Assembly: GCA_965649205.1 (NCBI GenBank)
Contig: CBFGJV010000009.1
Coordinates: 28,131-92,130, forward strand
Direction of reading: 5' to 3'
Length of the DNA: 64,000 nucleotides
From: a candidate division WOR-3 bacterium
GTDB taxonomy: Bacteria; Hydrothermota; Tepidihabitantia; Tepidihabitantales; Tepidihabitantaceae
Shown here: positions 1 to 11,200 of the stretch, in pieces
Layout of the letters: every line of letters starts with the position of its first letter
How positions within the stretch are numbered: the first letter of the stretch is position 1
Position numbers and translations under genes: made by a program
The notes under the pieces: generated by a model
What the model saw: the letters and a program-made list of their open reading frames with translations, nothing else
Told to the model about the DNA's origin: nothing
The model's database searches: none

Positions 1-412
1 CTGGTTTCAATCCCCGTTTCTGCAAATACGACTGCGCCTGTTCTGACTTCGCCAGCTGGCGCTCGTAAAAGGAAGCCGCCTGTTCACATGCTTCGTAAAG
101 CTCCCGATGAACACCCGTCTTTTTCTCCTCCACCTCTATGCCCAGACGGTTAGCCAAAAACTTCACCGCTTCCGGGAAAGCAAGCTTCTCTTGGGCCATA
201 ACAAAACTGATAGCATTACCGCCCGTACCACAACCGAAGCAATGGTAGGTCTGCCGGTCAGGACTGACATAGAAGGAAGGACTTCGGTCCGGATGAAAGG
301 GACACAACCCACGATAGTTACGCCCCACCTTCTTCAGTGGTAAGTAACTTCCGATAAGCTCCACAATATCCGTACTGGCTCGCACCTTTTCTACCGTCTC
401 CGGGCTGATCAT
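1..412 (-). CDS. dnaG: DNA primase, N-terminal part (runs off the window edge)
   Basis: Not in the ORF track. Manual translation from ATG at 412 gives MISPETVEKVRASTDIVELIGSYLPLKKVGRNYRGLCPFHPDRSPSFYVSPDRQTYHCFGCGTGGNAISF, the CHC2 zinc finger (CPFH...HCFGC). ATGA overlap with the mutS2 stop. Confidence 0.96.
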   Translation of the reverse strand, partial: MISPETVEKVRASTDIVELIGSYLPLKKVGRNYRGLCPFHPDRSPSFYVSPDRQTYHCFGCGTGGNAISFVMAQEKLAFPEAVKFLANRLGIEVEEKKTGVHRELYEACEQAASFYERQLAKSEQAQSYLQKRGLKP

Positions 413-2766
413 CCGCTGTTTCCTCTCCTGGTCAACAGCTCGTCCGCAACTCCAGACTTCATGGTCACTACCGTAACCCCGTCACCACCCTCAGCGGGCT
501 CTCCCAAACGGAAAGTGTCTATGCGAGGGTCCTGCCTCAGCATCTCTCTAACCATCCGCCTGAGCACCCCGGTACCCTTGCCGTGCACCAGCCACACCTG
601 TCTTACCCCCAAACTCACCGCCTCGTCCAAAAACCTTTCCAAAGCCGCAGCAGCCTCTTCCCGACTCATACCCAGAAGCTGGAGCCGGGAATCAAAACCT
701 GCCGCAGCCTCATGGACTACTTCGTGCCGACCGTCAGTTCTGCTCCCGGCATTAGAAAACATGTCTTTCTCCAAATCCTCCGGTCTCAATTGCATTTTTA
801 TGCTGCCGAAAGCTACGGTTACAGTATCGGTTCCCACCTCTGTAACTACTCCTCGCTTGCCCAGCGAACTTGACTTTACTACCTCCCCTACGCTGTAGGC
901 CAGGCGTTCCTTCTTCGGTATGCCGGCAGTCGGAACTTGGGTCTGAGACAACGACTGTTCCACAAACCTCTTTGCCCTCACAACCGCTTCGTGCGCAGCC
1001 TGGGTTTCTCTTATCTGACGTACCAGATTCTCTATCTCCCGCCGAGCGGCAACCAGCATTTCTCTTCTCTCGGCCTGCAGTTGAGCACGCTCCTTTTCCC
1101 GCCAGCGCTGCCACTCCTCCTGTTTCGCCTCGTAATCGCGCTTCAACTCTGCCGCCCTCCATTTCTCCTCCTCCGCTATCTGCCTGGCCCGGCGCGCCTC
1201 CTCCAGTTCCACTTCCAACGCCCGCAGCTTGGCGTTCATATCCAGCCATTCCTGACCCAATCGTAACTCCGCCCGGGAAATAAGTTCTGGCGGCAATCCG
1301 ACCGCAGCTGCAATCTCCAGGGCACTTGACTCTCCGGGAAAACCGAACGTAAGTTGAAAAGTTGGCTTACCCTGGGCAAAACCCATGGCGGCGTTGACCA
1401 TTCCCGCCTCGTTCTGCACAAACAACTTCAACACTCCAAAATGGCTGGTGGCAACTGTGACAACTTGGCGGTCACGTAGCGTCTCCAGCACCGCCATGGC
1501 CAGAGCCGCGCCTTCCTCGGGAGATGTAGAAGCACCTATTTCGTCCAGAAGTACCAGGTGATGCCTGTCGGCCTGCTCCAGTATTTCCTTCAGCCGGGAC
1601 ACATGGCCGGTGAAAGAAGACAGACCGTCATCCAACGACTGCTCATCGCCTATGTCGGCAAATACCCGAGGGAAGAAAGGTAAACGAGTGCCTGCAGCAG
1701 CGAGTACGGGAATACCGCAACTCAGCATAAGACACAGAATACCCAAAGTTTTTATCGCCACCGTCTTGCCGCCTGCGTTCGGACCGGATATAAGCACCAC
1801 ATACGTGCTCTCAGGCAACTGGAAATACAAAGGCACCACATCTTTTTTTCTAGCAGCCAGCAACGGGTGTCTGCCCGCCACCAGTTTTAGACTGCCGTCA
1901 GTGCTCACAACCGGCCGACAGCAGTCAAACGCTTTGCCGTACCTTGACTTGGCCAGAAGTAAGTCCAGTTCACCTATTGCTGCTAGAGCCTCTTGCAGCT
2001 CGTTCGCGTAACCCGCCACCAGACTGGAAAGCCGCCGCAGAATCCGCCCAACCTCCTCCATCTCCAGACCCCGCAGCTCGGCCAGTTCATTCTGCTCCGC
2101 CACTGTCTCCATCGGCTCTACAAACAGAGTGTGTCCTGTGCCGGAGCTTTCGTGGATAACTGCCGGCAGCTTGTCCCGTGCTTCTACCTTCAACGCCAGC
2201 ACGTAGCGGTCATGCCGCACCGTGGGCCGATCAGAATACCAATCTGGATGTTCAGCCACCATCGCTTCCAGCCGCTCTATCAATCTGTTTCTTCTTCTCC
2301 GCATTTCTCTCCTGGCCTGAGCCAGAAGAGGGCTGGCTTCGTCACGCACTTCCCCTGTTTCCTCCAACGCCGCCCCGAGTTCCACTTCTACATTGGGCAA
2401 AACGTGCAGTCGTTCTATTAGCTGTCGCACAGCAGCAGTACGTTTCACCCTTCGGTCAAGAAAATGGCGACATTCTCTTATACCCGCACAAGCCTCCCGC
2501 ACCGCCACAAGCTCTGGTCCGGAAAGAACCGCTTCCTGCGCCGCGCGAACCAGCGCAGCCCGCACATCTGCAATCCGGCCGAGCGGCGGCTCCTCTTCCA
2601 AAGCAGCGAGTTCGTACACCCGGTCATACTCGGCATTGACCGCAACAGGATCCGAAAAAGGCTGTATGGCCAGTGCCAGTTCCCGGCCCATGGGTGTACG
2701 GCAGTAGGCAGCCACAAGCTCCCGCACGCGCGGGAAATCTAGGGGCTCCAAGCTTAAGTCGGACAA
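409..2766 (-). CDS. mutS2: Endonuclease MutS2
   Basis: Walker A SGPNAGGKT, DIGDEQSL...LSSF, LLDEIG, and C-terminal Smr domain VHGKGTGVLR...EGGDGVT. TTG start with AAGGAG SD. Confidence 0.95.
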   Translation of the reverse strand: MSDLSLEPLDFPRVRELVAAYCRTPMGRELALAIQPFSDPVAVNAEYDRVYELAALEEEPPLGRIADVRAALVRAAQEAVLSGPELVAVREACAGIRECRHFLDRRVKRTAAVRQLIERLHVLPNVEVELGAALEETGEVRDEASPLLAQARREMRRRRNRLIERLEAMVAEHPDWYSDRPTVRHDRYVLALKVEARDKLPAVIHESSGTGHTLFVEPMETVAEQNELAELRGLEMEEVGRILRRLSSLVAGYANELQEALAAIGELDLLLAKSRYGKAFDCCRPVVSTDGSLKLVAGRHPLLAARKKDVVPLYFQLPESTYVVLISGPNAGGKTVAIKTLGILCLMLSCGIPVLAAAGTRLPFFPRVFADIGDEQSLDDGLSSFTGHVSRLKEILEQADRHHLVLLDEIGASTSPEEGAALAMAVLETLRDRQVVTVATSHFGVLKLFVQNEAGMVNAAMGFAQGKPTFQLTFGFPGESSALEIAAAVGLPPELISRAELRLGQEWLDMNAKLRALEVELEEARRARQIAEEEKWRAAELKRDYEAKQEEWQRWREKERAQLQAERREMLVAARREIENLVRQIRETQAAHEAVVRAKRFVEQSLSQTQVPTAGIPKKERLAYSVGEVVKSSSLGKRGVVTEVGTDTVTVAFGSIKMQLRPEDLEKDMFSNAGSRTDGRHEVVHEAAAGFDSRLQLLGMSREEAAAALERFLDEAVSLGVRQVWLVHGKGTGVLRRMVREMLRQDPRIDTFRLGEPAEGGDGVTVVTMKSGVADELLTRRGNSG

Positions 2767-2791
2767 CTAAGCTCCTTTGACTGTTACGCTC

Positions 2792-2989
2792 TCAGCTCAG
2801 GTCTGCCTGCTGGCGGCGCCAGTTACGCCTGCGCGCTTCTGCCGCCTTGCGCTTTCTACGCACACTCGGCTTCTCGTAGTATTCCCGACGCTTCACATCG
2901 CGCAGTATGCCCGCCTTTTCGCATACGCGGCGAAATCTGCGCATGAAGCTCTCGTACGATTCGCCTTCCTTCACGGTAATACCGGCCAT
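2792..2989 (-). CDS. rpsU: 30S ribosomal protein S21
   Basis: 65 aa basic protein with RRFRR...GIL..VKRREYYEKPS motif; AGGAGG SD. Confidence 0.96.
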   Translation of the reverse strand: MAGITVKEGESYESFMRRFRRVCEKAGILRDVKRREYYEKPSVRRKRKAAEARRRNWRRQQADLS

Positions 2990-2995
2990 TTCTCG

Positions 2996-3820
2996 CTAAC
3001 ACCTCCTTTCTGTAAATACCTCCCCTCCGGTCAGTATTGTGGGCTTCTCTGCCCCTGACCGGAAAGTATGGGGCCGTTCTTCATCTCCTCTTCTTTGTCC
3101 ACCCAGCTGACCCAGATGCGAAAGCACCAGGGCCACAGCCGCAGTTGCAGCTGTCTCAGCCCGTAACCTTCTCGGGCCCAGACTGAAGCTTTGCATCCCG
3201 GCTGTTTGCATTCGTGCAATTTCTTCTGGCTCAAATCCTCCTTCCGGTCCAATCAGCAGCAGAACCGATTTGACCTGGGGATTGAGCACATCTGTCAAAC
3301 CTGCCTCTGTTTCTTCCTCGTATGCGACCACGGTTGCTTCAAACTCTGGGGTTCGCTGCAGCAGCTCGGACAGCTCCACAGGGTCGGCTAGGGGCGGCAG
3401 CACAGACCGCAGCGAACACTTCACGGCCTCGACCATCTTCCGCCGCAGATGTTCCAGCTTCGCCTGACTCAACCTAGCCACCGTGCGGGCACTGCGAACC
3501 GGCACTATCTCGCTGACCCCCAGCTGAGTAACGCTATCCACCAGCTCCGCCATTCGCTCACCCTTGATAATACTCTGGGCCAGCACTAGACGAACGCCGC
3601 TCTCTCTCTCTCGCTCCCGTGTCGCTCGTACTCTACCGGTGACCCGAGTCGGCTTCACCGTCAAAAGCTCCAGTTCGTATTCTTTGCCTTTTCCGTCGGT
3701 AGCAAGCACTCTGTCGCCGGAGCGATGGCGTAACACCCGGGCGAGATGATTTGCTTCCTGGCCGGATATAACAACCAAACCATCCGGCCCCACCGGTTCT
3801 TTTAGGAAAAAAAGCTCCAT
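2996..3820 (-). CDS. rsmE: 16S rRNA m3U1498 methyltransferase
   Basis: HLARVLR N-terminal motif and SPOUT motifs IGPEGGF and LGPRRLRAETA; follows dnaJ. Confidence 0.93.
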   Translation of the reverse strand: MELFFLKEPVGPDGLVVISGQEANHLARVLRHRSGDRVLATDGKGKEYELELLTVKPTRVTGRVRATRERERESGVRLVLAQSIIKGERMAELVDSVTQLGVSEIVPVRSARTVARLSQAKLEHLRRKMVEAVKCSLRSVLPPLADPVELSELLQRTPEFEATVVAYEEETEAGLTDVLNPQVKSVLLLIGPEGGFEPEEIARMQTAGMQSFSLGPRRLRAETAATAAVALVLSHLGQLGGQRRGDEERPHTFRSGAEKPTILTGGEVFTERRC

Positions 3821-4959
3821 CAGCGTGGCTTTCTCGGTACCAGGTCAACCCGACTCTCTGTGTCTGCCAGCGCCTTCCACAGTCTCTTCTCTTCTGGACT
3901 CAGCTTGACCGGCACTCTTACCACAATACGAACCAGCTCGTCCCCTCGCCCTCCGTCCAAACGCTTGATCCCCGCTCCCCGCAACCGCAAGAACGTACCG
4001 GATTCTGTCCCCGCAGGCAGAGTGACAGTCTTCTCCCCGTTCAAAGTAGGCACAACCAGCTTCGCCCCCAACACTGCCTGGGCTGGGGTAACCGGCATCT
4101 CCACCACAATATCGTCTCCCTGCCGCACAAAGAGCGGATGTTCTTTCTCCTCTATTTCTATCAGCACATCTCCAGTCCCGCCAGGTCCGAAGTGGCCTTC
4201 GCCCCGCAGGGGAATATAGTTGCCCGTCGCCACGCCTGCGGGAATCCTCACCTTCAAGGTACGCTGCCGTCGTACGCGGCCCTCACCTTCGCACGCCCTG
4301 CACAACTCCTTCACCCGCACGCCTTCTCCACCGCATGCCGGACAGGTGGACACCTGCATAAACTGACCGAAAACCGAACTGGTCCGGCGCTGCACGCGGC
4401 CCTGGCCTCGGCAGGTGGGACAGGTAACCCGACCGGTCCCGCCCTTTCCCCCACATACTTCGCAAGCCTCATAGCGGGAAAAGGTTACTTCCCGCACCAC
4501 CCCTTCGGCTATCTCCTCCAAGGAAAGCTTCATTCTGATTCTGATGTCGCCGCCCCGACGGCTGGCACTGCTCGTCCGCTCCGAACTACCGAAAAGCACA
4601 TCAAACAGACTTCCGGAGCTGAAACCTCCTCCAAACCCGCGCAACAGGTCGCCGAAGATGTCACTGATATCTTCGGCGTGGGTAAAGTCACGACGGAAAT
4701 CAAACCCGCCTGGTCCGAACTGACGCGACACCCCTTCGTGTCCATACTGGTCATACAGACGCCGCTTGTTCTCATCGGCCAAAACCTCGTAAGCCTCGGA
4801 AAGTTCCTTAAACTTTTCCTCCGCCTCTGCCCGGTTGCCCGGATTCTGATCCGGATGGTATTGTTTGGCCAGACGGCGATAGGCTGTTTTTATTTCCTCT
4901 GCCGTGGCGTTACGCGGCACCCCCAATACTTCATAATAGTCCCGTTTTGTCTCAGGCAT
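3820..4959 (-). CDS. dnaJ: Chaperone DnaJ
   Basis: J-domain with HPD, G/F-rich region, four CxxCxGxG repeats. Confidence 0.97.
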   Translation of the reverse strand: MPETKRDYYEVLGVPRNATAEEIKTAYRRLAKQYHPDQNPGNRAEAEEKFKELSEAYEVLADENKRRLYDQYGHEGVSRQFGPGGFDFRRDFTHAEDISDIFGDLLRGFGGGFSSGSLFDVLFGSSERTSSASRRGGDIRIRMKLSLEEIAEGVVREVTFSRYEACEVCGGKGGTGRVTCPTCRGQGRVQRRTSSVFGQFMQVSTCPACGGEGVRVKELCRACEGEGRVRRQRTLKVRIPAGVATGNYIPLRGEGHFGPGGTGDVLIEIEEKEHPLFVRQGDDIVVEMPVTPAQAVLGAKLVVPTLNGEKTVTLPAGTESGTFLRLRGAGIKRLDGGRGDELVRIVVRVPVKLSPEEKRLWKALADTESRVDLVPRKPR

Positions 4960-4981
4960 TAGGTAATACTACACCTCCGCC

Positions 4982-5050
4982 AAAAACGCAGCCCAGCCCT
5001 GCCGGCTGAACTTCGGAACAAACCGCGGTTCAGTGCAGAGCTTGCTGCGT
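4982..5050 (-). terminator. Long imperfect hairpin plus U-tract between dnaK and dnaJ (partial terminator or mRNA-stabilising element)
   Basis: ACGCAGC (4986-4992) pairs with GCTGCGT (5044-5050), with an inner CTGAAC/GTTCAG stem; TTTTT follows on the minus strand. Confidence 0.55.
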
Positions 5051-5066
5051 ATTACTTTCAACCTCG

Positions 5067-6980
5067 CTACTTCTTCTCCTCTTCGTCAATAACCTGATAA
5101 TCTGCTTCCACTTTCTTACCGGACTCAGATCCGGACACACCGCTGTCCTTTGTCTTTGTTGCGCTCTCTCCAGACTTGGTCTCGGCCTGCTGGCGGTACA
5201 TCTCCTCAGCCAGTTTGTAGCTCACCTTCTGCAGTTCTTCGATAGCCGAATCAATCGCCGCCTTATCATCGCCCTTCATGGCGGTCTTCAGAGCAGCAAT
5301 TGCTTCCTCTACGCGCTTTCTCTCGTCTGCCGCCACCCGCGAACCAAAATCCTTCAGCGTGCGCTCGGTCTGATAAATAAGAGTATCAGCCCGATTGCGG
5401 CTGTCAACCAGCTCGCGTCGCCGCCGGTCTTCGGCTGCATGGGCCTGAGCCTCGGCAATCTTGCGTTCCACTTCCTCCTTCGACAGTCCGGAAGAAGCGG
5501 TAATCCTGATGCTCTGTTCTTTGCCGGTTGCCTTGTCTCTGGCCGTTACATTGAGAATGCCATTTGAATCAATGTCAAACGTGACCTCAATCTGCGGAAT
5601 ACCGCGCGGAGCAGGCGGGATTCCCGTAAGTTCAAACTTGCCCAGAGTACGGTTATCCGCCGCCATCTCCCGCTCTCCTTGCAACACATGTATCGTCACG
5701 GCCGGCTGATTGTCCTCAGCGGTAGTGAAAATCTGCGTCTTGCGGGTGGGTATGGTGGTATTCCGCTCGATTATCTTGGTCATCACTCCGCCCAAAGTCT
5801 CAATACCCAGAGACAGCGGAGTAACATCGAGAAGTACGATATCCTTCACCTCACCGGCCAGAACTGCCCCTTGAATGGCCGCACCAATGGCAACCACTTC
5901 GTCCGGGTTTATGCCCTTGTGTGGCTCCTTGCCAAAGAACTGCCGGACCGTTTCCTGCACCTTGGGCATACGGGTCTGCCCACCCACCAGAATCACCTCG
6001 TCTATGTCCCGGGGAGTAAGCTTGGCATCGGCCAAAGCCTGCTTCACCGGGCCCAGCGTTTTCTCAATCAGGTCTGCAACCAAAAGCTCCAGCTTGGCCC
6101 TTGTCAGCCTCATATCTATGTGCAACGGCCCCCGTTTCTCGTCCGCGTAGATGAAAGGCAGACTTATGGTAGTTTCCATCGAGGTGGAAAGCTCGCACTT
6201 CGCCTTTTCTGCCGCCTCCCTTATCCGCTGCAATGCGGTCTTGTCCCGCGAAAGGTCGATTCCGTTCTCGCGGCGGAACTCTTCAATTATCCAGTCCATC
6301 ACGCGCTGATCGAAATCGTCTCCACCCAGATGGGTATCACCGTTGGTGCTCTTCACCTCAAACACGCCCTCGCCTATTTCCAGAATGGAAATATCAAAGG
6401 TGCCGCCACCCAGGTCATATACGGCTATCTTCTCAGACTTCTTCTTGTCCAAACCATAAGCCAGAGCCGCAGCTGTGGGCTCGTTGATGATGCGCAACAC
6501 CTCCAGACCGGCAATCCTACCTGCATCCTTGGTTGCGTGCCGCTGAGAATCGTTGAAATAGGCCGGCACGGTAATCACCGCTTTCGTCACAGCCTCGCCC
6601 AAATATGCCTCGGCGGCTTTCTTCAGGTATTGCAACACCATGGCAGAAATTTCCGGCGGGGAATACTTCTGGCCATTTACCTCCACCCAGGCGTCACCAT
6701 TATCTGCGGGCACTACCTTGAAAGGCACCCGCTTTATTTCCTCGGTCACTTCGGAATAGCGCCTGCCCATAAAACGTTTGATGGAATACAGGGTAGTCTC
6801 CGGATTGATGACCGCCTGACGACGCGCCAATGTGCCTACCAGACGTTCCTTCCCCAGAGCCACAACTGAAGGCGTAGTTCTGCCGCCTTCTGGATTCGGG
6901 ATAACAACCGGCTGCCCCCGCTCCATCACTGCCACACACGAAAAAGTTGTTCCCAAGTCTATACCAATTACTTTCGCCAT
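5067..6980 (-). CDS. dnaK: Chaperone DnaK (Hsp70)
   Basis: [31 protein letters not shown] motifs. Start moved to ATG at 6980 (MAKVIG), which has an AGGAGG SD. Confidence 0.98.
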   Translation of the reverse strand: MAKVIGIDLGTTFSCVAVMERGQPVVIPNPEGGRTTPSVVALGKERLVGTLARRQAVINPETTLYSIKRFMGRRYSEVTEEIKRVPFKVVPADNGDAWVEVNGQKYSPPEISAMVLQYLKKAAEAYLGEAVTKAVITVPAYFNDSQRHATKDAGRIAGLEVLRIINEPTAAALAYGLDKKKSEKIAVYDLGGGTFDISILEIGEGVFEVKSTNGDTHLGGDDFDQRVMDWIIEEFRRENGIDLSRDKTALQRIREAAEKAKCELSTSMETTISLPFIYADEKRGPLHIDMRLTRAKLELLVADLIEKTLGPVKQALADAKLTPRDIDEVILVGGQTRMPKVQETVRQFFGKEPHKGINPDEVVAIGAAIQGAVLAGEVKDIVLLDVTPLSLGIETLGGVMTKIIERNTTIPTRKTQIFTTAEDNQPAVTIHVLQGEREMAADNRTLGKFELTGIPPAPRGIPQIEVTFDIDSNGILNVTARDKATGKEQSIRITASSGLSKEEVERKIAEAQAHAAEDRRRRELVDSRNRADTLIYQTERTLKDFGSRVAADERKRVEEAIAALKTAMKGDDKAAIDSAIEELQKVSYKLAEEMYRQQAETKSGESATKTKDSGVSGSESGKKVEADYQVIDEEEKK

Positions 6981-7006
6981 ACTAAACCTCCTGTTCTGAC
7001 AAATTC

Positions 7007-7705
7007 CTACTTCCCTGTCTGTACCGGCTTGGCTACGACAACCTTCGCCGGCCTGATTACCTTGCCTCGGCAACTGAAGCCCTTGCACTGCTCTGCCACC
7101 ACTGTATCGGGCTTGTGCTCTTCTGTATGCACAAAGCTTATTGCCTCTGCTCTCCTTGGATCAAACTCTTCACCCAGACAACTGTACTCCTCCACTCCCT
7201 GCCGGGCCAACGCCTCGGCCAGCTGACGTCGGATAAGCACTATCCCTTCCCGCAGCTTATCTACGCTCCTTGCACTGTCATAGGCAGCAGAAGCGGCGGT
7301 CTTGGCCCCGTCGCCTCGTTCCGAACCGCTCTCCTCTCCCTTTTCCCGCGCGGCATTCTGCCCGGAATCGGCCTGCACCTTCTCACCCTCGCTGCCTGTA
7401 CTCTTCCCACCGCCTACCTGCGTCCCTTTCTCCAGCATAGCCAGGGCTCTATCGAAACTGTCCAGAACCGGCAAAAGCTCGCAGACGACCGACTCTATGG
7501 CTGCCTGCCTCACCATTTCAAACTCTCTCTGCATTCTACGGCGATAGTTCTCAAACTCAGCCAAAGAACGGACATACTGCTCCTTGTGCTCGGCACACTC
7601 TTTCTCCAGTGCCGCGCACTTTTCCACTAATTCGGTCACGGGTCCCTTCTTGGGCTGAGCTTCGGAACTACTTCCTGCGCCTGCATGAGAAAAACTTTCC
7701 GACAT
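7007..7705 (-). CDS. grpE: Nucleotide exchange factor GrpE with an internal G/S/E/K-rich insertion
   Basis: [33 protein letters not shown]...VIRPAKVVV. Start at ATG 7705 is approximate. Confidence 0.92.
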   Translation of the reverse strand: MSESFSHAGAGSSSEAQPKKGPVTELVEKCAALEKECAEHKEQYVRSLAEFENYRRRMQREFEMVRQAAIESVVCELLPVLDSFDRALAMLEKGTQVGGGKSTGSEGEKVQADSGQNAAREKGEESGSERGDGAKTAASAAYDSARSVDKLREGIVLIRRQLAEALARQGVEEYSCLGEEFDPRRAEAISFVHTEEHKPDTVVAEQCKGFSCRGKVIRPAKVVVAKPVQTGK

Positions 7706-8210
7706 AATTTTATGTGTATAACTTATTCCTCCGTTTATAGACCTGTAAAGAACATTACCTACTTGTGGACTTACCACTTAGACCACTTTTATCCGCCTGC
7801 CGATTCCCGCACCAACCACAACACCAGGCCAGGCATCGTCACTACAACTTATGAACCAACAGCCCAGAGGACTTGCCCCGGTTCTAACATCACCGCCGTC
7901 ATACCATTTCATATACAAAGCCAACTGTCATTCATACAACCCCTTACAATGCTAAGCTTTACCATCTGTTACTTATATGTCCAACTTCTACAATAGACAG
8001 AGTGTTATCCGAACCCTATATCCACGTATCACAACCAGACCCCACCCCTGGGCAACTGGGGGAACGGCTCCCCCACTGAGGTATCCACAAGGTGTATTTA
8101 TCTTTCTCAGGAACGCAATTCAAGTTTGTTGCGCTTTATCTTCTAATTTTATGGTCACTTAAGTCGCTCAATCTGTGCCTTGGTTTTGTGGTACACCCAG
8201 TCTTGCCCCC

Positions 8211-8240
8211 AAAAAAGGAGCGGGCACTAAGGCCCGCTCC
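8211..8240 (-). terminator. Rho-independent terminator of the large secreted-protein gene
   Basis: Perfect 9-bp stem GGAGCGGGC/GCCCGCTCC followed by T6 on the minus strand, about 20 nt after the stop at 8262. Confidence 0.9.
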
Positions 8241-8261
8241 AACTTCACCACCCGAAGCAGG

Positions 8262-11200
8262 TTATTTCTTTATCGCCAGCTTCTGCGCAAGATGCAGGTT
8301 ACCGGTATCCAGTCGGATAACATACACGCCGGCTGACAGATGACGCAGGTCTAGTAAAGTACCGGCTTCCCAATCGACAAAGACCAGTTCCCGGACAAGA
8401 ACGCATCGCCCCAACGCATCAAAGATGCGCAGAGTTGCGCCTTGAACCGCATAATTCTTCAGCCCCGATACTCTGAGCGTGGCAAATCCGTCAACCAACG
8501 GATTCGGCATCACGCGGATAACCACCGTCCTTGTCTGCGCTTGGGCTTGTACCCCTGAAACTGGCGCTAGAGAACCTGCAGGCTTATACTTCGGTTCTAC
8601 ATATCTCCAGAACTCGTGGGTCTTGTTGCCCTTGAGCAGGAACAATGCCCTGTCCTTCCAGTTTACTAAACTGCCGCCGGCTTTTACGGTCTTCTTGCCT
8701 CCCGAACCGGTGCGGGGTATTGTATCCAGAATTGACCAGCTATCTCCATTAGGACTATACCGGAAAAACGACTGACTGCCGCCGCCCTTCACCGCATAAA
8801 TATGGCCGTCGCACCAGACACCTCCAGCCCCGTCTTTAGACTTTTTCCTCTTTTCTTTTCCATCTTCTATCCCCCAGACCGGCATTCCCTTGAGCGGACT
8901 AGGATTCCAGCTGTCCCTTGCCACATCATACCGGAACATATAATGGTAACCGTTGCCCCCAATCTCCGCTGCCTGGTGGGCATAGATAAAACGGGACCGG
9001 TCATACACAAGGAATGAACCTCTGGCGTACTTCTTTCTGTAATTACCATAAGGAGCGCTCTCCAGCGTGGTCCACTGTCTTAAGTCCACATCATAACGAT
9101 AGAAGGCGGTCTTGACCCCGGCAAGCAGGTAGATGTATTCTTTCCCGCCTTTTTCCACATAAACAAGGTCATTGCCGCCCTTTATCTTCTGAGGAACTCG
9201 GGGCAAAGTTTCCCACTTGCCTTCTTCTACCCGGTACCGCCAGAACCCCTGAGTGCCGCCACCTTTGACCATAAACAGATACTCTCTGCCGTCAGAAACT
9301 GCACAAGACCCCTTGGACACCGGCTTGAGTTTTCCCAGTGCCGGCTCCAGTTCCGGAATCGGAGAAAGTATAACCCAGCTGTCCCTTTCTGGATAGTATT
9401 TGTAGAAGTCGCTTGTCTTGTTACCCTTGGCCGCATAAATGACTGTGCCACTTCTGTCTTTATCCGGCCCTGCCACCAGCCAAGCACCATCCTTGGGCAA
9501 CCGCGTCCTGGTGGGCAAGTCCGGCATGGGACTCACATCATCCCACCCCTCAGGCCAGAGTTGTTCCACGACATTGCAAGTGCGCAACTTGCGGTCATTC
9601 TCCGGTCTGGTATCTGTAGCAAGCTGGGTCTGAGCCACCAGGTTGTACAGCCCGGGCTCGTCCGGAATCCAGCCGCGACCAAACAAGATGCCTTTTTCTT
9701 CCCCCACAGACAGACTCACAGTTGTCGTTTCGTCATACACTATCTCGTCATTAGGACCGGCAATAGTAACCCGCACTGGTACTTCCGGCTCCGCAACCTC
9801 TCCGTAGTTACCAACTACCAGCATCGGAAACTGAGCCTGCCCCAAGACAACTCGCGCGGCGGGCTCCACGATTGCTTTCACGCCGACATCGTGCACCAAC
9901 GAAGCTGACACCACTCGAAAACTTCTTATCAGGCTGTCGTTATCATTACGACCGTCTCCCGCCAGCTCCGTAGAACAGCGCACCACATAATCGCCTAGCA
10001 GAGAGGCAGTCCAGGATGCAGCAAACTCGTAGGTCAGTGGTTCTCCACCGACAGGAATCACCTTGTCCACCTGTTCCGATACGCTCCATCCCTCATTTGT
10101 CGGACCGGTAATAGTTACACGTACATACGGTTGAATCGCGCGATTACCGAAGTTAGCCACAACAACTCGGGGATGGACCGGCGTGTTTGTCGCCACCTCC
10201 CCAGCCGGATACAGAATGGCAGTAACTCCTGCATCGTACTTATCCAACTCTACCTGAAACTCTCCTTCATCTGCGGGACCGGCCGTGTTACCTGCATAAT
10301 CGAACGCCTCCACAGTCCAGATATAGGTACGCCCATCTTCCAGTTCTTCGGTCGGCTCCAGCTGATAGGAAGTGCGCCGAGTATTTTCCGGCTGCTCTAT
10401 ATCCCGCTCCAGCACCACCTGCCCCACAGAACGGACCGTGAGTCGGAAACGCCGGGTATCATCTGTACCCTCCCATTCCAGCAGGGGACGCAGGGTATTT
10501 ACCTTCACCCCTCCTATCGGCCGGACCAGAACCGGTCTGCCGGGCGGGGTCAAATCAACGAAGACGCTGAAAAAAGAATCGCACCATGGTCCCGGCGCAC
10601 CATTATCACCTCGCACCCGCCAGTACCAGCGGCCTTCCTCCAGCCCGGGCTCCTGCGGAATCCAGCGGTTGGTACCAATACCGGTAACAATGTACTCTGG
10701 CGTCTGAAAATCATCATTGTCATCCAGCTGTATGTCATAACCAGACACCGGCGGGCCAAGCGCACTCCAAAAGAACTCCGGCCGGCGCTGCTGCGGAGCT
10801 TTGACCGTGTCTCCATCGGGCGGCGTTTGCAAAACAGGTGCCTCTGTCAGCACAGTTCGGAATGTCTGAATTCCCCCCGTATTCTCAGTCTCGCCGGCTG
10901 CATTTCTTGCCACTATCTTCCAGTAGTAGTCAGTATTCGGCAACAATTCCGGCGGCGAGTATGATTCTGCCGACGCGGTTGTCTTGAACTCCGGCGGGTT
11001 CTTTGTATCGAGGTATACATCATAACTCTCTGCCCTTTCAGCCCGCTGCCATTGCATAATGACAGCGAGCGGTACCCCCTTTGCCCCATCTGACGGATAG
11101 GAAAGCGAAAAGCCGCCCGGTTTTGCCAGCGTAGTAAAACTATAGACCTTTGCTGCCAACGTCCTCTGGCCGGGCACATCTTTGTCCTTGGCCGCCACGG

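Noticed and set aside
107..343. 78-aa + strand ORF
   Set aside because: Antisense to the dnaG N-terminus.
5679..6869. 396-aa + strand ORF
   Set aside because: Antisense shadow of dnaK; long antisense frames are a known artefact of hsp70 genes, and it has no recognisable motifs.
7740..8200. Possible replication origin (relatively AT-rich, GTATCCACA at 8081)
   Set aside because: Only one near-consensus DnaA box, no dnaA/dnaN nearby, and the + strand looks C-rich on both sides with no visible skew switch.
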